Source: Octopus sinensis
Lineage: Eukaryota
Assembly: GCF_006345805.1 (NCBI RefSeq)
Contig: NW_021824723.1
Span: 1-17,984, forward strand
Direction: 5' to 3'
DNA length: 17,984 nt
The stretch's first letter is position 1; every line of letters begins with the position of its first letter. Positions 10,137 to 17,984 of the stretch are shown here, in pieces. The position numbers and the translations under genes are program-made. The notes beneath the pieces are model-generated. The model saw only the letters and a program-made list of their open reading frames with translations, was not told the origin of the DNA and made no database searches.

Positions 10137-10173
<37 letters not shown>

Positions 10174-10176
10174 TAT

Positions 10177-10212
<36 letters not shown>

Positions 10213-10380
10213 TTTTATTTGTTGTGCAAGATTTTTTATGTGAAGACGTGTGTTGAAACAGATATTGTTATATGTAAAAAATAAATAACACTGAAGCAAA
10301 ATAACACCAAATATATAGTGCGTGTGTTTTTATTGGCTAAACTGGCACAATTACCATTCCGAATATAACAATATATATAT

Positions 10381-10414
<34 letters not shown>

Positions 10415-10428
10415 GATATATAAATATT

Positions 10429-10649
10429 AATTTAGGGTATCTAGAGGATACCACCACGCTGGAAATAGCAGCCAAAACCTGACTCTAAAACCACATTAAA
10501 CGTTCATACCGCACCAGGAGTAGCAAAAATGTCTAGTTTATTTTGTCTTCTTCTCTTCTCTCCTGGTGCGGTATGAACGTTTATGTGGTTTTAGAGTCAA
10601 GTTTTGACTGCTATTTCCAGCGTGGCGGTATCTCTTAGATCCCTAAATT
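10429..10649. repeat. Long inverted repeat (~90-bp arms, 39-nt spacer) next to (TA)n
   Basis: 10429-10520 is the reverse complement of 10560-10649 with a few mismatches/indels. Confidence 0.9.
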
Positions 10650-10744
10650 ATAAATTTAATAATAATCATTACCTTTGTAAGGTTTTTATTCCCATGCTGG
10701 CCACTTGATAAGATCGATATTTAGATTAACGATCTTATCCTTAT

Positions 10745-10805
<61 letters not shown>

Positions 10806-11029
10806 AATTTTGGTAGTGTAAAATTCACCTAAGGGAAATTAAATATCCGAAGAATTTACGGATTATATTAACTGTATCAATAACAATGTTTTCCAGTAGG
10901 TAAGTAAAAAAATAGATATGCAGTTTATTAATGAATAAATATAAATAAGAACTGGAAAACAAAACCAGAAATATTTAAATTGAATTGAATTCATAATTGT
11001 TCAATTTATTGTTTTGTTTTCTATTTCTT

Positions 11030-11123
11030 ATACGTACATACACACATACATACATACATACATACATATATACATATATACATGCATACATACATGAATA
11101 CATACATACACACATACATACAC

Positions 11124-11156
<33 letters not shown>

Positions 11157-11793
11157 CATATATACATGCATACATACATGAATACATACATACACACATA
11201 CATACACACATACATACATACATACATATATACATATATACATGCATACATACATGAATACATACATACACACATACATACACACATACATACATACATA
11301 CATACATATATACATATATACATGCATACATACATGAATACATACATACATACATACATGCATACATACATGCATACATAATACATAAATACAAACATAC
11401 ATACATACATATATACATACATACATACATACAAACATACATATATACACGTACATACATACAACATACAAACATACATACATACATACATACATACAAA
11501 CATGCATACATACATACATACATACGTACATACATACACACACATATGCATACATACATACATACATACATACATACATACATACATACATACTTACATA
11601 CATACAAACATACATACATACACACATACATACATACATACTTACATACATACATACATACATACATATATACATGCATGCATGCATACATACATACAGA
11701 CATACGTACATACATACATACATACATACATACATACTTACATACATACAAACATACATACATACATACATACATACTTACATACATACATAC

Positions 11794-11833
<40 letters not shown>

Positions 11834-12180
11834 GTACATACATACACACACATATGCATACATACATACATACATGCATACAAACATACATACATGCATA
11901 CATACATACATACATACATACTTACATACATACCACATACATACAACAACATACATACATACATACATACTTACTTACATACATACATACATCACTACAA
12001 TCATACATACATACATACATACATACATACAAACATACATACATACATACATACATACTTACATACATACATACATACTTACATACATACATACATACAT
12101 ACGTACATACATACATACATACATACATACATACATACATACATACATACATACATACACACATACATACATATATATAT
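11030..12180. repeat. ~1.15-kb (CATA)n satellite with higher-order structure
   Basis: Directly visible. The variant CATGCATACATACATGAATA ends at 11100, 11184, 11260 and 11340. Confidence 0.95.
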
Positions 12181-12184
12181 ATAT

Positions 12185-12364
12185 CCTTTTTTTTCTTTCT
12201 TACTTGTTTCAGCCTTTTAGTCGAGCAAATCAATCCTAGTACGTATTCTATCGGTCTCTTTTGCCGAACCGCTACGTTACGGGGTTGTCAAATGATGCTG
12301 GGGGGACAAACATAGAAACACAAACATATACACACACACATACATACATACATACATACATACA

Positions 12365-12400
<36 letters not shown>

Positions 12401-12561
12401 TATATATACGACAGGCTTCTTTCAGTTTCCGTCTGCCAAATCCACTCAGAAGGCTTTGGTCGGCCCAAGGCTATAGTAGACACTTGCCCAAGATGTCACG
12501 CTGTGGAACTGTACGAGGAACCATGTGGCTGGTAAGCAAGCTACTTACCACACAGCCACTC
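12185..12561 (-). mobile_element. tRNA-derived SINE, same family as 7381-7768, with internal (CATA)n and deletions
   Basis: Reverse complement GAGTGGCTGTGTGGTAAGTAGCTTGC...GGCAAGTGTCTACTATAGCC...GACGGAAACTGAAAGAAGCC...CGGCAAAAGAGACCGATAGAAT...CTGAAACAAGTAAGAAAG. Confidence 0.85.
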
Positions 12562-12634
12562 ATATATATATATATATATATAAGAAATACTAAATTTCTA
12601 AATCTCTCGTAGAGACATGTACGGTGGTGGGGCG

Positions 12635-12990
12635 ATAGAATGGTTGTATACTGTCAATCTAACACGAACGTGACAGTAGGGGGGGTACACCACCGCTGTA
12701 TAGCCCTAGAAAGCATCGACGCCTCCTGATGGCTTTGACACATTTTTCCCTGTGTCCTTATATACATTTACGAAGGGGAGACAAACACCCCCGGCCGCCT
12801 GAGCTGCATCCTGAAACACGTGTCCCTAGAGTAGCTCTGGCGGCCGGGGTGTTTGTCTCCCCTTCGTAAATGTATATAAGGACACAGGAAAAATGTGTCA
12901 AAGCCATCAGAGCGTCGATGCTTTCTAGGGCTATACAGCGGTGGTGTACCCACCTACTGTCACGTTCGTGTTAGATTGACAGTATACAAC

Positions 12991-12998
<8 letters not shown>
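12635..12998. mobile_element. Foldback/MITE-like palindromic element (~165-bp arms)
   Basis: 12635-12799 pairs with 12839-12998 with only a few differences. GAGCT/AGCTC extends the stem inward. TA occurs at both ends and (TA)n on the right. Confidence 0.75.
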
Positions 12999-13030
<32 letters not shown>

Positions 13031-13033
13031 TAT

Positions 13034-13071
<38 letters not shown>

Positions 13072-13445
13072 GACTAAGTGGCGGAAAAGAGAAGTGAAAA
13101 CCTTGGGTTACGAATTAATGTGGATAGATGAAGGTAAATACATTTATAATTATTATATATTTTTTAAATATTGTATATAAAACTGAAGATCATAGAATGT
13201 GCTTCTAATTTAAGTTAATTTTTTTAAAAATAAATTTATTTAGTTTGTACATTAATCGCGAAACTAGTTTTGTAAGAATCACAATAATTGATAAAATAGA
13301 CTTCGTCTATCTCGCCCGCGTTACATCATTTTCGTACCAAGGAGAAAAGTCTGTCTGTTTTTTATTTTTATTCTAAAAACAACGGCCATTCAACACGTTC
13401 GAGTTCGGCTTTAACTGCTCTTTCTCTCTCTCTCTCTCTTTGTTG

Positions 13446-13475
<30 letters not shown>

Positions 13476-13476
<1 letters not shown>

Positions 13477-13741
13477 GGTTAGGGCAGCGGACTCCCGGTC
13501 GTAGGATCGCGATTTCGATTCCCAGACCGGGCGCTGTGTGTGTTTATTGAGCGAAAACGCCTAAAAGCTCCACGACGCTCCGGCAGGGGGTGGTGATCAC
13601 TGCTGTACTTCTTCACCACTCTTTCTTCTGTTGGCCTGCTCGCTTAGCCAGCGGGATGGCGTCATTCGAAGGCTAAAACAATGCGAACGCATTGTGACCA
13701 GCGATGTGTAGCAACATCTGATGTCTGGTCGTCACGGTGAT

Positions 13742-13748
<7 letters not shown>
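13476..13748 (+). mobile_element. Second tRNA-derived SINE family, between (TA)n tracts, 5'-clipped
   Basis: TGGTTAGGGCAGCGGACTC (D-arm/A-box-like) and GATTTCGATTCCC (B-box-like), followed by a non-tRNA body ending ...GTCACGGTGATCACGTGA(TA)n. Confidence 0.65.
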
Positions 13749-13795
<47 letters not shown>

Positions 13796-13903
13796 TATAT
13801 ATATATATATTACATACTAATTTTCCGCTATCAGCCCAGTGACAGATTAGAAAGCGTGTTTGGATGTGGATGAAGAAATATGTTTCTTCTCCATCTCCTT
13901 ACC

Positions 13904-13982
<79 letters not shown>

Positions 13983-14172
13983 CACCACACCACACAACCA
14001 CCACCATACCACATCGCACCACATCACGCCACACCACCACGTACACACTAGCACAGACCACTACCCAGCACCCACACCATCACCCATACACCTACACATG
14101 CATACACGCACGCGCACCTTCGTTTTGGGATCACCACTACTTCATTATCTCCCCTTCTTCCTAGCTCTCCTG

Positions 14173-14385
14173 TGTGACCCCTCCGTTCGGCATTCGCCAT
14201 GATAGATCGCAAGCCACTAAACATTCTTTATTTTTTCTTCCTGTTTATTTCTGCGTTCCTTTCTGTGGAAGAGATTAGACTCGAAACGTTAAAGACTTTT
14301 TTCACTTTCCGAGCGTTAAACTAATTCATCTGTTTGTTGTCTACACCACATGTCTTCGTCTTTCGTTTTTTTTGTGAATTCTCCC
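14173..14385 (+). mobile_element. Divergent hammerhead-motif-bearing short element ending at (TA)n (5' boundary uncertain)
   Basis: Same architecture as 171-375: HHR motif, pyrimidine linker, TCC(T)GAGCGT, TTTGTT..CAC, T/G-rich tail, then (TA)n. Confidence 0.55.
14259..14294 (+). ncRNA. Minimal type-I hammerhead ribozyme-like motif (core variant CTGTGGA)
   Basis: CTTT-CTGTGGA-A-GAG/ATTAGA/CTC-GAA-ACGT-T-AAAG. Stem I is CTTT:AAAG. Confidence 0.5.
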
Positions 14386-14805
14386 TATATATATATATGT
14401 AGGTTGACGATGGGAAGGATGCCTTCCTTTTGCAAATACCGATAGGGCACAGAAGGTGTGTCAATATCCAGCTGAAGATGTTCTCCTGTGGCTACAAGCT
14501 ACAGTAACATCCACCCTTAGTGGTTAGCCACATTTAGATGGCAAATATACTTCACATTGTCGTGCAGTTACTGTCTATACCTCGTTCAGAGATTTATTAT
14601 TGCTATATATATATATAATTTACAAAATAAGGGCAAAAGAAAAATTCTAATGCCAAATATGCCGAAAAGACAAAATTGTCAATAACCATTATAATTTATG
14701 CGTCTCGAAACAAACCGATAGAAATTTCTAAAAAATCCGTTATTACCGTATTGGTCCCAATTCCGGGGTTAATTCATAAGAGTTATAATTATATATATAT
14801 ATATA

Positions 14806-15063
14806 TATTATATTAAATTAGATATAAAACCACTATTAGGCAAATCAATCAATGAAAAACATAAGCCAATACAATTCGTAATCATTCGAGTTATGGTTAC
14901 AGTCAATCTTCAGGTTAATTGAAATATTAATCTTAGCGAGGTTTAGCAAATTAACCTGAAGATTGACTGTAACCACAACTCGAATGATTACGAATTGTAT
15001 TGGCTTATGTTTTTCATTGTTTGATTTGCCTAATAGTGGTTTTATCTCTAATTTAATATAATA
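14806..15063. repeat. Long inverted repeat (~115-bp arms, 28-nt spacer) next to (TA)n
   Basis: 14806-14920 is the reverse complement of 14949-15063 with few differences. Confidence 0.9.
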
Positions 15064-15221
15064 TAATATATTTATACTATCAAATTGAATTTAATCCTAA
15101 ATCTGATTTTTCCCTGTAAGTTTGGATTTATTCCCTAATATTTTATTATATATATATATATATACAAACACACACACACAACACACGCACACGCACGCAC
15201 GCACACACACACCCATACATA

Positions 15222-17037
15222 CAGGGTAGCGCAACAGTTGTGCGGCAGTAAAATAACTCTTTGCCATAAGCTCTTCCTATTTCTTACATTTCGTAAGTAA
15301 ACGGGATAAATGTTGATAAGATGGTTTCTTTTAGAGAAGTCCTCAATAAATGTCCGTGTTGAAGTTACCTTTACGTGCTGTTCATTTTACACTGCTGTTT
15401 TATAGCCTTCATCACGAAATGAGGCCTATTGATCGGTGACCAGTTGGAAGGCTGTTGAACAGGTTTCAAGTGACGGGATGAAAGTAAGTTATGGTGTTGA
15501 TGCCCCATAATATGACCTTGTAAAACGCTGGCATCGTGAATTCAAACATAGTCGGAACTCTGTGGAAATAGCTCCCAGATCTGGTCGCCCCCTTCTGCCA
15601 TTGATGAGGTATCTGTCCGTCAAGTTGAGGCTGCCATTTTGGAAGATCGACGCATAACTATTCGCCAAATAGCCCATGAGGTCAAGATTAGTACCGGGTC
15701 AGTGGAACTATCATTCATGACCATTTGCATATGCAAAAGGTGTCTGCCAGATGGATTCCCCAGATTGCTCACAACACCTTTCCAAAGCAGAACGCGTCGA
15801 GTGCTCGAGGATGAATTTGGAGACGTGCCAGGAGATGAGTCAAAATTTTTCAAAAGACTGATTACACAGGATGAAACCTGGGTCCATCACTATGATCCAG
15901 AGACCAAAGCCCAGTCAATGCAGTGGAAGCACCGTGATCGAGAACGCAGTGGTAGACCAAGAACGGCAACAGGGGAAGTAACTGCGACTACTGTACTTGC
16001 TCATATTCAACGGAACTCAGTAAAATCAACAAGGAAACTCTCACGTGAAACTGGCGTTTGGTTCATCGGATTTTAAAAATGCGTTTCCCATCTGTTTAAA
16101 TCCATTTAGCTCAAGATTTACATGGCGTTGACAGAGACCAAAGAATGGAATTCAGTGATTGAATCCTTTCTAAAACAATCATTTATTATTAAAAGCCTTA
16201 TCTTCTCGGTTGAAACGATCTTTCACTTTACGGCATTGTTGATTTGGCATAAACTCCTGTATTGGTCAGATGCCAGTTCACATTGGAAAGATAACAGCAA
16301 TTCGCAGTACGAGCCTCCACTTACCTTGTGTTTCAGGAAGAAGCGATCGTCAGAGATATAGAAAGACTTCGGATGTTGATTTCTTATGTTTTCTTTCAAA
16401 GGTAACTGCAGTGTAAAATGTACAGCACATAAAGGTAACTTCAACACGGACATTTATTGAACAATCATTAGGCCCTATTTCAGCGACAGTTCAGTGAATA
16501 GAAGCTCATACTTACGAATGCTGGAATCTTTTTTGATGTCTCTTATTAACGATTTCTCTGCTGAGGAAAGAACTCGTACACGGTTTCACTAGGATGGCAC
16601 AGCGGCACACTTTGCCATCGTTGTGCGAAATATTGTAAACGTTAATTTCGCCAACCGATGGACTTCCAGGCGATGTCCTGCTTCATCTAACTCCCCTTGA
16701 CTTTTTTCCTGTGGGGTCACCTTAAATCCGTTGGCTAAAGGACTCATCCACGGAGTGTTGAAGAATTTGAAAGAAAACATAAGAAATCAATATCCGAAGT
16801 CTGATGCCTTGAATAATGTACAAAATTCTTTTCGGTTCCGTTTTCAGAAACGTTAATGAACGCGAGGGAGATCTGCTTGAGCAATTATTCTAACCCTTTT
16901 TTTTTGGGGGGGGGGGGATTAATTTATAATTTTATGATAATGAATGTTAAGTAAATTAAATAAAAGATGATCATATCTCTCATATAAACAGGGTTTTTTT
17001 CGTGATTAGGGTGGTACGTGACTTTTGCAATATCCTG
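15222..17037 (+). mobile_element. Degenerate Tc1/mariner-superfamily (maT/rosa-like) DNA transposon with TIRs and TA TSD
   Basis: Left end TA|CAGGGTAGCGCAACAGT versus right-end reverse complement TA|CAGGATATTGCAAAAGT (13/17 match). Broken ORF: VGRLLNRFQVTG, RDRERSGRPRTA, IFSVETIFHF (FSDE-like), YWSDASSHW, IIRPYF, RFH*DGTAAHF (QQDG-like), LTPLDFFLWGHLKS, EGDLLEQLF*. Confidence 0.85.
15478..15932 (+). pseudogene. Internal fragment of a mariner (DD34D-type) transposase nested in the host element
   Basis: MKVSYGVDAP*YDLVKRWHREFK..PRSGRP / ILEDRRITIRQIAHEVKISTGSVE / KVSARWIPRLLT / LITQDETWVHHYDPETKAQSMQWKH includes the mariner WVPRLL-like and first-Asp motifs. No TIRs at the fragment ends. Confidence 0.88.
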
Positions 17038-17367
17038 TATATGGCAGGATGAACAGAAAATGTACCCCATCCGGTTATATGATTCCACACCAGCAAGATT
17101 AATTACAATTTCTACAGAGAAAGAGGACGAAGATCGTGGTTTTCTTACTATCCTTTGCTTTCTTTTCGTTTTAATTTTTGCATCAACCTTCTTCACGATT
17201 TTCTCTCGTGTTTTCTCATTAACCAGCCTCCTGGTTTTTAAACACATCCAACGACATGTAGCGGGCCTGAAACATTGCTTGGAGATATAAGGAATGTTAT
17301 ATAAGGCTACCAGTTTGTTGTGTCTCTAAAACATGGAACAATTAGTGGCTCCTTTGTAAATTGTATA

Positions 17368-17524
17368 CAGGAGTGGCTGTGTGGTAAGTAGCTTGCTTCC
17401 CAACCACATGGTTCCTGGTTCAGTTCCACTGCACGGCACTTTGGGCAAGTGTCTTCTACTATAACCATGGGCCGACCAAAACCTTGTGAGTGGATTTGGT
17501 AAATGGAGACTGAAAGAAGCCTGT

Positions 17525-17563
<39 letters not shown>

Positions 17564-17775
17564 CTAGTGCGTGCCTGTGTTTGTACCCCGACCCTCACTT
17601 GACAACCAATGTTGGTGCATTTACGTCTCCTATAACTTAGTGGTTCGGCAAAAGACACTGACAGAATAAGTACTAGGCTTACAAAGAACAAGTCCTCAAA
17701 TCAATTTATTCAACTAAAGCCGGTGCTGTAGCATGGCCACAGTGAAACACTGAAACAAGTAAAAGAATAAAAGAA
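17368..17775 (+). mobile_element. Near full-length tRNA-derived SINE (same family as 7381-7768)
   Basis: CAGGAGTGGCTGTGTGGTAAG head, GGCAAGTGTCTTC, internal (TA)n, tail CACTGAAACAAGTAAAAGAATAAAAGA. Confidence 0.88.
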
Positions 17776-17794
17776 TATATATATATATATATAT

Positions 17795-17984
17795 GGCGCA
17801 GGAGTGGCTGTGTGGTAAGTAGCTTGCTTACCAACCACATGGATCCGGGTTCAGTCCCACTGCGTGGCATCTTGGGCAAGTGTCTTCTGCTATAGGCCCG
17901 GGCCGACCAATGCCTTGTGAGGGGATTTGGTAGACGGAAACTGAAAGAAGCCCGTCGTATATATGTATATATATATATATGTAT
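17795..17984 (+). mobile_element. tRNA-derived SINE 5' half, running off the window end
   Basis: GGCGCAGGAGTGGCTGTGTGG (A-box-like), GGTTCAGTCCC (B-box-like), GGCAAGTGTC, GAAAGAAGCCCGTCG then (TA)n. Confidence 0.88.

Noticed and set aside
10707-10739. 10-bp perfect hairpin GATAAGATCG/CGATCTTATC
   Set aside because: Isolated short stem in AT-rich DNA; no functional context identifiable.
10975-12483. Long ORFs up to 270 aa (HTYI/MYVC repeats)
   Set aside because: Translation of (CATA)n.
13072-13140. Short open frame KWRKREVKTLGYELMWIDE ending at AAG|GTAAAT
   Set aside because: No credible acceptor (abuts (TA)n), too short, no recognisable homology.
13476-13530. tRNA gene
   Set aside because: The acceptor stem is missing and the sequence continues into a SINE body; called as a SINE head.
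16845-16860. GAAACGTTAA resembling the HHR 3' half
   Set aside because: No upstream core or stem II; lies in transposase sequence.
17149-17266. Possible minus-strand exon (TTTCAG acceptor, ATA|GTAAGA donor, K/R-rich open frame)
   Set aside because: Weak pyrimidine tract, no recognisable protein, and no partner exons.

Overview
AT-rich, repeat-dominated eukaryotic (animal) non-coding DNA, probably intergenic or from a long intron. The tRNA-derived SINE families and the TA/CATA/ATT microsatellite landscape resemble octopus/cephalopod genomes; this is inference from family recognition, not a database match. No intact host protein-coding gene is supported, and most ORF-track entries are microsatellite read-through. 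Contents: several SINE copies; a 103/104-bp satellite; a non-autonomous Helitron; a decayed Ty3/Gypsy gag (plus possible integrase) remnant; a ~130-bp degenerate tandem repeat interrupted by a SINE; three long TA-anchored palindromes; and a TIR-bounded Tc1/mariner-superfamily element carrying a captured internal piece of a different mariner and inverted templated patches. The most interesting signal is a set of short TA-anchored elements with minimal type-I hammerhead-ribozyme-like motifs of the kind known from Penelope-like retroelements. Two lie in tandem inside a 525-bp insertion flanked by a 6-bp direct repeat, and a third divergent copy shows a compensatory stem-I change. All three have non-canonical cores, so activity is unproven.
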